Shown piece by piece: positions 1 to 8,268 of a DNA stretch of 64,000 nucleotides; within the stretch, counting starts at the first letter, position 1, and each line of letters opens with the position of its first letter. Under the pieces are notes generated by a model. The model was given only the letters and a program-made list of their open reading frames with translations, was not told the DNA's origin and did not search any database. Origin of the DNA: an uncultured Planctomycetales bacterium (GTDB lineage Bacteria; Planctomycetota; Phycisphaerae; UBA1845; PWPN01); contig CAZZFA010000004.1 in NCBI GenBank assembly GCA_964653435.1, positions 22,492-86,491 on the forward strand, read 5' to 3'. A program made the translations under genes and the position numbers.

Positions 1-2849
1 ACCGGGCTGTCGTGCCCCGGCAGAGCACCCGCGGACACGCCTGTCTGTGCGTTCCAGAGTTTCAGGGTGCCGTCGCGGGATGCGCTCGCCGCGATACGGC
101 CGTCTTGGGAGATGGCGACCGCAGCAACCCAGTGCTCATGGGCGCCAACTCTCCGTACGCCCTTGCCTCCTCGTACGTCCCATACGTGTATCATCCCATC
201 GTCGGTTCCGGCGAGCACCCGCTCCCCGTTGGCATTCATTGTCAGTACCGTGACGTCGTCACGGTGGCCACCGAGCCGGGAGATCTGACTTTCCTTTTCC
301 ACATCCCATACGCGTATCGGTTCCACGCCAGCCGCGGAGACAACGCGATTCCCGTTCTCGCTGATGGCAAGCGCCGACATGGTGGTCCGGTGCCCAGGCA
401 GAGTATGGAGTGTCTTGCGTCGTCGGAGATCCCAGACCTCAAGCCCAGAATGGGAGGGCGCAATGAGCGCACGCTCCCCGTCCCCAGAGACGGCGGCAAG
501 CCTCCGTTCGCTGGCCCACCTCAGTAAGATGCGCTGCTCCGAAGGCTTCTTGAGGTCCCATGCCTTGATCAACCATCCCATGTCGCCTTCCCCGGTGAGC
601 GACAGGATGTGCTCAGAGGTAACCAAGAGGGGGACGCTACCCCACTGACCAGTGTGCTCCGCGAAGACATGCAGAGGCATACGACTTCCAACAGCCCACA
701 CCTTCAATTGACGTTCCGAGCTACCCGACACAAGGCCCTCGGTATCTCTGGACGCGGCGACTCCCCAGACAGCCTTGCGACCCGCCATCCATGCTTCGAT
801 TTGCGCAAGACGAGTGAGTTCCCACACTCTCACAGCGCCGTCGGCGGATCCTGAAACAGCACGTTGGTTATCGCGACACGCCGCTAAGCAGAGGGTTTTC
901 TCGCGACCCGTTATCAGCGTTCCTAGCAGCCAGCCGCTCTCGACATCCCACACCCGCAGAGTCTTGTCATCTGCGGCTGATACGATGCGCCCTCCATCAC
1001 GGCACAGGGCCAACGCTCTTACTTGCCCCGAATGGGCGGCGAACGTTCGAACCGGGTACTCGCCCGGTGCAACCAGACTCGGTGTGAGTGGTCGTAGCCA
1101 CGTTTCTGTCTGGGACCGGCTCGTCTGAGTCAGCATCGTGTGCAAGTCGTGAGCTTTCAGGCCGGACAGACGCCCCATCAGTTGCGGTGCGAGTTGGGTC
1201 GGATCATGACGAAGCGCGGGCAGGGAGGCCCGCAAAGCCGCACGGACATGTTGAAGGGTCTCATCATCGGGTAGCCAGGCATAATCCGCGATCACATCCG
1301 CGGGATCACTCTCGCTAAGCCCTGCCCGAAGCCACTCGGGATCAAGCAGAAGGCTGCGGAGGAATAGGCGCTGCTTGGGCACACTCGACGTAGCCGCGTG
1401 CTCCGGCAGGAAGCGCAGATCATAATCACCCGGCAGCGCGTGCCGTTCGCGTTGACGTTCACCCGCCGCCTTCAGCTTTCGTTGGGCGGCTGTGACGATC
1501 AGGGCATGGGAGCCAGTAACCTCGGCATGGTGGTCTGCTTCCAGGAAGTCACGCAGGGCAACATGGTAAAGGCGGTAACGCTTGGTGTCGTTGTCAGATT
1601 GCTCCGACCGGGCGAACCCTGCGTCCGTCCACATGGCGAGGCTGTTCTGAACCTCTTTGAGCGGGAGACCCAGCCATTCCGCGATCGCTTTGGCCGCCAC
1701 AGATACCCGCGCGGCCGCCAGCGCACAGACAACCTTTGCATGAATATCGTCGAAGGCCGTGTTGTCCTCTTGACGAAGCTCGGTCCAGCGACGGCGGTAG
1801 TAATCAGAGAGACCATCGGGCAAGTCATCAGTGCGAGGATACGCACCAGCGTCGTTTGCGATCGTCTCAATCACATGCTTCAAATACAAGAGATTGCCCC
1901 GGCTCTTGGACCATAGCAGGTCGCTGCATCGCCGCCCATCGAGGTGGAGGCCCCGCATCCACTCCTTCAAGTGGCTCCCGAAAATGTACTTCTCTATGAT
2001 GGTGCGTACATCTTCTTCGTGTTCTGGGGTACCAGAATCCAGGTCGCAGCGCCACGCGTATCCCGTGCCGCGCTCGATCCATTCCGAGTCTTGAGCAGTG
2101 AGGACAAAGAACACGTTGCGAGGAAGGTGCCGAGGTAGAACCCGTTCCACGAAGACTTGTCGGTGCGGGCCTGCAAACAGCACATCCGACGAGTCTATCG
2201 CGATGATGAGGCGTTCCTGATCAAGCTGTTCAAGCGCTCCATGCGCCACCCGGCTCAGGAAGCTGCCGTCGTCGGCGAAACCAACGGGAAGGTCCTCGAT
2301 TGGTAACCGACCCAATTCAATCAATCGAGCACAGATGTTGCCGATGCATGCTCGGCGAGCATCTGGTCCCCATTCTGGTACGTCGAAGTGGTAAACAGGC
2401 AGTTCCCATCGTCGCACCAGTTCGGCAAGAAGAGCCGACTTGCCTGTACCTGGGGGGCCCGTGATCAGCACGTAGCCCGAAGGGACCTCCGGGCTTCGGA
2501 CGAAGGCCTCGATGCCACGAATCATGGATTCCCGGGCACCTTCAGCCCAGGACTCGCGAGATTCGTCGAGGTAGTTCGTGAACGAAAGGCAGTGCTGACA
2601 AAGCCTTGCCGACAGCACATACTCCGTGGCTTGCGCATCTTGCGTAAGCTCGTCGACATCGCATTCGAGGGCGTGTGCAAGCTTCTCGATCAGCTGCTGG
2701 TTCTTGAGTTCGCCCGCCAGGATATCCTGGAGGGACCTGACTGACATGCCTGCCTTGGCTGCGAGTTGCTTGCGTGATAGTCCCGAGTCGTTGCACCTCT
2801 TAATGCACACGTCAGGATTCACCTTCCCCTTGGGCACGGGCTTGCGCAT
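1..2849 (-). CDS. HTH (XRE-like) / P-loop STAND-type NTPase / WD40-repeat protein; C-terminus runs off the left window edge
   Basis: Absent from the ORF track because there is no stop in the window. Hand translation of the minus strand from ATG 2849-2847 gives MRKPVPKGKVNPDVCIKRCNDSGLSRKQLAAKAGMSVRSLQDILAG (HTH). Walker A GPPGTGKS lies at 2436-2459 (aa 131-138). WD40 signatures occur toward the 3' end (GTDDGMIHVWD at 177-209; also DDKTLRVWD, DGAVRVWE). The frame was spot-checked open at 1340-1400 (HAATSSVPKQRLFLRSL). Confidence 0.85.
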   Translation of the reverse strand, partial: MRKPVPKGKVNPDVCIKRCNDSGLSRKQLAAKAGMSVRSLQDILAGELKNQQLIEKLAHALECDVDELTQDAQATEYVLSARLCQHCLSFTNYLDESRESWAEGARESMIRGIEAFVRSPEVPSGYVLITGPPGTGKSALLAELVRRWELPVYHFDVPEWGPDARRACIGNICARLIELGRLPIEDLPVGFADDGSFLSRVAHGALEQLDQERLIIAIDSSDVLFAGPHRQVFVERVLPRHLPRNVFFVLTAQDSEWIERGTGYAWRCDLDSGTPEHEEDVRTIIEKYIFGSHLKEWMRGLHLDGRRCSDLLWSKSRGNLLYLKHVIETIANDAGAYPRTDDLPDGLSDYYRRRWTELRQEDNTAFDDIHAKVVCALAAARVSVAAKAIAEWLGLPLKEVQNSLAMWTDAGFARSEQSDNDTKRYRLYHVALRDFLEADHHAEVTGSHALIVTAAQRKLKAAGERQRERHALPGDYDLRFLPEHAATSSVPKQRLFLRSLLLDPEWLRAGLSESDPADVIADYAWLPDDETLQHVRAALRASLPALRHDPTQLAPQLMGRLSGLKAHDLHTMLTQTSRSQTETWLRPLTPSLVAPGEYPVRTFAAHSGQVRALALCRDGGRIVSAADDKTLRVWDVESGWLLGTLITGREKTLCLAACRDNQRAVSGSADGAVRVWELTRLAQIEAWMAGRKAVWGVAASRDTEGLVSGSSERQLKVWAVGSRMPLHVFAEHTGQWGSVPLLVTSEHILSLTGEGDMGWLIKAWDLKKPSEQRILLRWASERRLAAVSGDGERALIAPSHSGLEVWDLRRRKTLHTLPGHRTTMSALAISENGNRVVSAAGVEPIRVWDVEKESQISRLGGHRDDVTVLTMNANGERVLAGTDDGMIHVWDVRGGKGVRRVGAHEHWVAAVAISQDGRIAASASRDGTLKLWNAQTGVSAGALPGHDSP

Positions 2850-2889
2850 TTCTGCACTCTTTTCACAAGTTTGCACTCAATTCTGCACT
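2850..2889. promoter_or_regulatory. Triple direct repeat TTCTGCACT / TTTGCACT / TTCTGCACT (operator-like) abutting the start codon of the HTH-STAND gene
   Basis: Copies read directly at 2850-2858, 2870-2877 and 2881-2889. They sit in the divergent intergenic region between the HTH-STAND gene and the 3079 operon. Confidence 0.4.
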
Positions 2890-3078
2890 ACTAAGACCCG
2901 CGAACCAGGCCGCGAAGCCACTTAAGCTGATGGCATCCGCGGCAGCAATCGGGCCGCTCCTGACCGGATCGTCATACGGTCGGCAGGATAGCTCAGGAGG
3001 TCGAGCACCGCAATCGGAGCGGCCTTGCCTTGGGCGTACGAGGCGGCTCGCTTGAAACGGGACTCGGGATGATCGGAT

Positions 3079-3765
3079 ATGCGTCACAACGGATCACATC
3101 GTCACGTTCAGTCAGAGTCGACCAAAGGCAGCAACGGGGCCGCCGGGAACCGTGCACACGCGAACGGTGGCCTCGTCGCCGCGTGTCTTGGTTTCCGCCT
3201 GATGTTCGTTCAACTCCTCATCGACTACATCGCCGAAACGGCGGATCCCGCGGCCATCGCACTCTTTCGGGACCGGTGCCGTGTCTTTGAGCTGCCGACA
3301 GGCACGTTCGTCAATCTGGCCGAATTCCTGTCTGACAGCATCGAGCGGCCCTGGGCCAAACAACCAGCCTCATGCAGATCCAATGTCGTTGAGAACGCCC
3401 ATAACATAAGAGTGGACGTTCTGCTACCTGCACCTTCCCCCTGTGGCGATGTTCGTCCGCATTCGCACTTGATGACCTTCTTCAAGATATGCGCTGCTCA
3501 GGGGCGGAGGTGGTTAGACGCTCATTCGCAGGCATCCGTTGATGAAGTCCAGTGCCATCTCTTGCAGATCTACAATGAGCAGGCCGAGTTCCTGCTCAAT
3601 CATGTGCTCGGTGATGCGGTGCGTGCTCAGGAAGGTCCACGATCAGAATATCGCTGTCCCCTGACAGACCCTGAGGTGAGGCTCTACTTCCCCGTTTCGA
3701 TCGAAGGCAAACAACGTGGTTTCAGACTGAAGGCCGCTTTGGAGGAGGAAGGCCATGTCTCTTAA
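3079..3765 (+). CDS. hypothetical protein (first gene of unknown operon)
   Basis: 228-aa ORF with protein-like composition. Its stop overlaps the SD (GGAGGAGGAA, 3741-3750) and ATG of the next gene, indicating translational coupling. The start is uncertain (ATG 3079 or ATG 3202). No domain recognised. Confidence 0.6.
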   Translation: MRHNGSHRHVQSESTKGSNGAAGNRAHANGGLVAACLGFRLMFVQLLIDYIAETADPAAIALFRDRCRVFELPTGTFVNLAEFLSDSIERPWAKQPASCRSNVVENAHNIRVDVLLPAPSPCGDVRPHSHLMTFFKICAAQGRRWLDAHSQASVDEVQCHLLQIYNEQAEFLLNHVLGDAVRAQEGPRSEYRCPLTDPEVRLYFPVSIEGKQRGFRLKAALEEEGHVS

Positions 3766-4249
3766 CTTGACTCGGGACGAATTGCAGGCTGTCGTCGATC
3801 GACGGATCGGACACCCCGTTCTGGTCCCTTTGGGTGACGTCAATGAGTCCCGGGACTGCCCGCGGGATAACCGCACGCCGCTCGACATCCTGATTGCGCG
3901 CGAGGAGGCAGAGCTGCACATCGCCGAGCGCGTGGCGGAATACATGGCGGTCCACTACGAGGACTGGCGCCTGACACTGAGCCAACTGGGTCCGGCTGGG
4001 GTACATGCTTTAGTCTCTGAGATTCTTGGGGTGCTTCCTGCGCATGATTATGTGGCAGAAGAGGTCGCAGCCTCGCTTGATCTTAATCCCACGACATACA
4101 ACCGCATTGCGGGGCAGACAGGCCTGTCTGATCTCGCGCGAGCCACAGCACAACTCTGCTGCCAGGACGAGCATCTGAGGGAGTTTGCCTGTGAGTGCGG
4201 CCTCCGTAAGCACATCCGTCGCGCTCGCGATGGCGAGGGGGACCGTTGA
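3755..4249 (+). CDS. hypothetical protein, possible HTH
   Basis: 164-aa ORF with SD GGAGG just upstream of ATG 3755. The segment EEVAASLDLNPTTYNRIAGQ looks helix-turn-helix-like (weak). Its stop overlaps the TTG of the next ORF. Confidence 0.65.
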   Translation: MSLNLTRDELQAVVDRRIGHPVLVPLGDVNESRDCPRDNRTPLDILIAREEAELHIAERVAEYMAVHYEDWRLTLSQLGPAGVHALVSEILGVLPAHDYVAEEVAASLDLNPTTYNRIAGQTGLSDLARATAQLCCQDEHLREFACECGLRKHIRRARDGEGDR

Positions 4250-5562
4250 TCGGGAACCGCAACAAGTCGACGCGCCACAGCGGCGTGCAGACGGTACTTC
4301 TCGGCCGGGACCCGCACCATCGAATCGCTGTGCGGGCGAACGTCGTAGCTCGCCGGCATGCTGGTCCCGGTAAGCGATGCGCCGGGCATCGGCGACAAGC
4401 GGCCAATCAGGAGCTGCTGCTGTGCCCAGATCGGAGCGTCACAGAGCTGGTCTCCAGAGTGATCATGCAGCTATCCCATGGTTCAGCAGCGAAAGCACTC
4501 GATCTGTATCTGTCGCTGCCCACGGGTGTGTGGGCTGCCGATATGGAGGCGGCGTTCGATTTGTCTCTTCTCGATGCCGCCATCGTAGTCATCCTGATCG
4601 CCGCACATTTGAATCGCGCGATCATGCCCAACAGGGTGATCATCGGCCACATCAGGAACGCCCAGAACGGAATTACGATCCCGGCAGACTGCCTTGGCGT
4701 TCTCACACGTCTCCACGCAGACGACCCGACATACGCCATACCCGGCCTCGGCGGGGCCCCCTCTCATGTCAATTCAGGGGTGAGCCCCGCCCAGGACGCC
4801 CTCGAGCTAACCCGTCGCGCGTGCACGCCGGTGGAAGATTCTGTGCTTGGCATTGGTCAGCTCCTGCGAATGACCATCACCGATGTGCCTGACCTAGGCT
4901 CTTTGCTCGAGGCTCGAAGCGATGACCCAGAGCCGACCTTGGAGGTCGCGCAATCTTCTGAGTGCGGTACCGTTACGACCGCGCATGACATACTAGATAG
5001 TGTTCTCGTTCGCATCTCCCCCCGTGCACTGGCCGGTCAGTTCGCTCAGCCAGTGTCCCGGGCACAGTCGCTGCACGTGTTCAGCGATCTTACCGTCACA
5101 TCCTATGACGACTTTCTCGCCGCGCTGTGGCCCTTCTACGTTCGACTGCTGGTCGGGACGGGTTCCGGCAACGCCAGCCCTCACGATGCGATCGTGCAGT
5201 CCGACTGCCTCGTTCTCCTCGACCAGGCCTACGCCGACGATGGCGGACTGAAGGCGGCCTGGGCCGAGGCTCGCGACGGCCTTCACGGCGGCCTCCCCTC
5301 GGTCGCCGCGAAGCTGGCTCAGCAGTTCATCAAGAATCAGCAGGCCACGCATGTGACCAGTGTGATTTGTGATGCGCTCAAGGTACGCAGCTGGACGGAG
5401 CGCGTCGCGATCATGCGGGATCTGATGGCCCGTCTGGCCGTTCACATTCGCGACGATGCCGACTTGACTGCCGCCGAGAAGTTCGTGGAGCACGTCGAGT
5501 GGATTGCGCGGACTTACATCCACTCGCTGGACAGTATTCGGACGAGGTGTAACGCATTGTAG
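4246..5562 (+). CDS. hypothetical protein; C-terminus belongs to the island paralogue family
   Basis: 438-aa ORF from TTG. The first ~73 aa are Arg/His-rich and may be non-coding; an alternative start is ATG 4465 (MQLSHGSAAKALD). The C-terminal motif GGL...SWTERVAIMRDLMARL...EWIARTYIHSL aligns with the 5580 protein. Confidence 0.65.
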   Translation: MIGNRNKSTRHSGVQTVLLGRDPHHRIAVRANVVARRHAGPGKRCAGHRRQAANQELLLCPDRSVTELVSRVIMQLSHGSAAKALDLYLSLPTGVWAADMEAAFDLSLLDAAIVVILIAAHLNRAIMPNRVIIGHIRNAQNGITIPADCLGVLTRLHADDPTYAIPGLGGAPSHVNSGVSPAQDALELTRRACTPVEDSVLGIGQLLRMTITDVPDLGSLLEARSDDPEPTLEVAQSSECGTVTTAHDILDSVLVRISPRALAGQFAQPVSRAQSLHVFSDLTVTSYDDFLAALWPFYVRLLVGTGSGNASPHDAIVQSDCLVLLDQAYADDGGLKAAWAEARDGLHGGLPSVAAKLAQQFIKNQQATHVTSVICDALKVRSWTERVAIMRDLMARLAVHIRDDADLTAAEKFVEHVEWIARTYIHSLDSIRTRCNAL

Positions 5563-5579
5563 AAAGGAGAACTGTACAC

Positions 5580-6146
5580 ATGGACATGTCTATTCCGCAA
5601 CTGATTCATGCCCTCCAACCGCGAACCGTAGCCAGCGAAGTCACCAGGGCAATCGACCGGAGGGCGATGCAGTCTCCGAGCGATTTCGAGAAGCTCAGGA
5701 CCTTCAATGGCTATCGCGAGGAACTCGGGCGACACTACAGCCACGTCTACGGACAACCTCTTTCTGCCGCTGAAGCCGAGGGAAGAGGGGAGAGAATCGT
5801 GGACCGGGAGTACCACGAGCGCGGCGGCAATATAGTCAGCGCCTACCAGGACGCCGTCGAATCGACCAACGGCGGACTGCTCGCCCACCGGCAGATGATC
5901 ACGGAGGCCATCAAGGGCGAGGCGACTGAGTTTTACGTGCAGGGAGTGTTTTCGCATTTCTATGATCGCGCCTCCTGGGAGGCGCGTATCGAAGCTGTCA
6001 AGGCGTTCATCGCTTACTGTGGACACGAGCTGACCGGCCTCATCGATCCCGATCACGTTGAACGTCACGCCCATGACTTCCAGGAGCTTGTGCGGGCCTA
6101 CGTCGCTGCGCTGCATCGCAACGCAGCGCTCTTCCGTCGTCTGTAA
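5580..6146 (+). CDS. hypothetical protein, paralogue family member
   Basis: 188-aa ORF with SD AAGGAG about 10 nt upstream. The motif NGGL...SWEARIEAVKAFIAYCGHEL...LVRAYVAAL is shared with neighbours. Confidence 0.75.
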   Translation: MDMSIPQLIHALQPRTVASEVTRAIDRRAMQSPSDFEKLRTFNGYREELGRHYSHVYGQPLSAAEAEGRGERIVDREYHERGGNIVSAYQDAVESTNGGLLAHRQMITEAIKGEATEFYVQGVFSHFYDRASWEARIEAVKAFIAYCGHELTGLIDPDHVERHAHDFQELVRAYVAALHRNAALFRRL

Positions 6147-6193
6147 CAGCAAAGGTCAGGCGACCCATCGCGGCACGTCAACGACAGCAGGAG

Positions 6194-6856
6194 ATGGATA
6201 TGGACGACAGACTGTCCGATGAATCCCTCGATCAAATCGATCCCGAGCTGGTGTGGGCCACCTACGCCCAGAAGGGCCGTGGCCTCCTCGCCACCATTCA
6301 ATTCGACCCGCCGAGCGGCACCTCGCAGTCTGCCGTTCGCCAGTGGGTGGTGAACATCTGGCTGAAAGCCCGCAGGATCTTCGGCGATCCATTTCCAGTT
6401 TCGCGGAGCACGCCCCTGGAGACGTGGCAGACGTGCTCGGAGATGCTGGATCGTGCATGGGGCTATACAGAGGAAACGCTCACGGACCTGTCGCGTGGAT
6501 CCTCAGCGGACCATTATCGTCTTCTCACGGATCTCATTCTGACAATGGCCCACCAGAACGCACGATTGGATCTGGAGTCGCGTATCGGCTGCTGGATGTA
6601 CGAGATGCCTCCCGAGCAGAAGCTGAAGGCGGCTGATGTCTATCTCCGTCGCTTTGGACACTACCTGCCAGAAGTCCTGACTATCGGCAAGACGCGGCTG
6701 TTTTACTGTCGATTCGAAGAGACCCTCAAGCAGCATCCGGCGTTTGTGGACCGGTTTGATCTTGAAGAACGGAACTGCATGCATCGTGAGTCGCTGCACG
6801 AATCGGACCACCGTGGCACCCGACGTGCTCGGTCTCACACATGGAACGCAAAGTAA
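6194..6856 (+). CDS. hypothetical protein, paralogue family member
   Basis: 220-aa ORF. SD AGGAG lies at 6189-6193, so ATG 6200 has better spacing than ATG 6194. It contains CWMYEMPPEQKLKAADVYLRRFGHYLPEVL...RFEETLKQH. Confidence 0.75.
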   Translation: MDMDDRLSDESLDQIDPELVWATYAQKGRGLLATIQFDPPSGTSQSAVRQWVVNIWLKARRIFGDPFPVSRSTPLETWQTCSEMLDRAWGYTEETLTDLSRGSSADHYRLLTDLILTMAHQNARLDLESRIGCWMYEMPPEQKLKAADVYLRRFGHYLPEVLTIGKTRLFYCRFEETLKQHPAFVDRFDLEERNCMHRESLHESDHRGTRRARSHTWNAK

Positions 6857-6868
6857 GGAGGATTGCAG

Positions 6869-7447
6869 ATGAACGCGACACTGGAGGACCTTCTCGATGT
6901 GCTCAACCCCGACACGATGATCTTCGAGATCGAGCGTCGTAGCCAGCAGACACTCGGCCAGGTGAACTGGCCGGATGAGCCGTTTTCGGGGCCGGAGGAT
7001 TTCATGACGTTTCTCATCCAAGTCATGAGAGCGGGTGAGCGGCACATGCTCAACCTGCCCGAGGCCACGGGCGGCCACGATGGCCACTACCGCAGCATGT
7101 GCCGCAGCCTGCTCGATGAGATCTACGGCCCGAGCGGCTTACGCACGGCCTTTGACTTCGCGGTTTCCGGGGAGAACGGCGGGCTCTATAACGTGGTCTC
7201 GCAACTCCTCGGCCGGATGGCCGGCACGTACGCCGGCAATGAGATCGAAGGCCGCATCAACGCATGCTGGAACTCCCTCAGCCACGAGGAGAAACTCGCC
7301 GCGCCGGACGAGTATCTTGCCCGCTACGGCCATCTGCTGCCCCCCGAGTTGGTCGAGGGCAGCGCGCCCGTCGTCCGCGCCCGCTTTCCCGAGATGCTCA
7401 AGAACCATGTCCGTCTGCTCAAGGACCTGGCGCGGGTTGGGCGGTGA
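6869..7447 (+). CDS. hypothetical protein, paralogue family member
   Basis: The track ORF starts at TTG 6863, but ATG 6869 sits 7 nt after SD AAGGAGG. It contains NGGLYNVVSQLLGRM...CWNSLSHEEKLAAPDEYLARYGHLLPPEL...RFPEMLKNH...LARVGR. Confidence 0.8.
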   Translation: MNATLEDLLDVLNPDTMIFEIERRSQQTLGQVNWPDEPFSGPEDFMTFLIQVMRAGERHMLNLPEATGGHDGHYRSMCRSLLDEIYGPSGLRTAFDFAVSGENGGLYNVVSQLLGRMAGTYAGNEIEGRINACWNSLSHEEKLAAPDEYLARYGHLLPPELVEGSAPVVRARFPEMLKNHVRLLKDLARVGR

Positions 7448-7609
7448 TACACCGCAGCCTGGAGTTTGGAGAGCTTTACAGGGCTTGTCGGTAGCGAATT
7501 CTGTCGGGCGAAGATGAAATCGCGCGTCCATAACGACCGCACTCCATATGGCCAGCAGGTCGCCGGCCTTTGGCTACAGCGGCGTCAAGTGGCCGCAGAA
7601 AGGAGAAGC

Positions 7610-7972
7610 ATGAGCAAGTACTATGACAAGTGTGGAGGGCCTGAGCCCCTTCTCCCCAAGAAGGGTCCCTTCGGGCTCGGACGGGCGATGGAGCCGTACA
7701 AGTGTATCGAGCCGGACTGCTTGGGACATCTGAATCCGCGCGAGCGCTGCATACCTCTGCCGACTCGCTGCAAAGCCATAGGCTGTCCTGGGCATAAGTC
7801 TCCCTTCGAGAAGTGCCATGAGCCGATCTTCCCCATTCACTGCTCGGAGATGGGGTGCCCCGGCCATTCTCGTTTTGGCGAGAAGTGTTGGCGTCTGAAA
7901 ACGTACTGCGGTGCCCGAGGCTGTCCAGGGCATGAACCGCCGTTCACGGAGTGCTTCCCGTTCGATCCGTGA
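7610..7972 (+). CDS. small Cys/His-rich protein with four tandem C-x4-C-[LP]-G-H-x6-C units
   Basis: Internal ATG 7610 of track ORF 7466..7972 is preceded by SD AAAGGAGAAGC. The 120-aa product is MSKYYDKCGG...; the repeats are CIEPDCLGHLNPRERC, CKAIGCPGHKSPFEKC, CSEMGCPGHSRFGEKC and CGARGCPGHEPPFTEC. Confidence 0.75.
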   Translation: MSKYYDKCGGPEPLLPKKGPFGLGRAMEPYKCIEPDCLGHLNPRERCIPLPTRCKAIGCPGHKSPFEKCHEPIFPIHCSEMGCPGHSRFGEKCWRLKTYCGARGCPGHEPPFTECFPFDP

Positions 7973-8034
7973 GGGAACCGGTATTACTTTGGTGTCACCA
8001 GCAACATCAAAGCGATCATCACAGACCACGTAAT

Positions 8035-8090
8035 GCGACGCAGGCCTCGCGACCCCGCATGTGGATTCGCAGCCTGCGTCGCTCCTTTCT
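8035..8090 (+). terminator. hairpin (11-bp perfect stem GCGACGCAGGC/GCCTGCGTCGC, 26-nt loop) followed by a T-rich run
   Basis: Stem arms were read at 8035-8045 and 8072-8082, followed by TCCTTTCT. It lies about 60 nt after the stop of the Cys-rich gene, in a 296-nt lower-GC gap before the ATPase gene. Confidence 0.35.
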
Positions 8091-8268
8091 CGGGAGGTGT
8101 GAGCAGGTCAGCATGTACACGATGATTCTCTCGATGTGGTTCATCCTGATGGCGTCTGACCAGCCAGGCATGAGCCGGCATATGGCCACATCGACTGGAT
8201 GGTGCCGGATAACAGCCACCGCGTGTCCATCCAAAGTGCAAGGCTGAAAGAAAGGGAGGACCCAATCG

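Noticed and set aside
2982-3022. tRNA-like 5' half (GGCAGGA-TA-GCTC-AGGAGGTC-GAGC-A-CCGCAATCGGAGCGG) in the intergenic region left of the unknown operon; considered as a displaced att/tRNA remnant.
   Set aside because: There is no T arm and no matching acceptor 3' strand. Position 33 of the putative anticodon loop is not U. It has no similarity to tRNA-Gly or tRNA-Arg in the window. It is probably chance or too decayed to call.
7951-8247. 98-aa ORF (and an internal 44-aa MYTMILSMWFILMASDQ… peptide) in the gap before the ATPase gene.
   Set aside because: It has no SD and overlaps the hairpin/terminator. Its composition is unconvincing. It is kept only as part of the non-coding gap.
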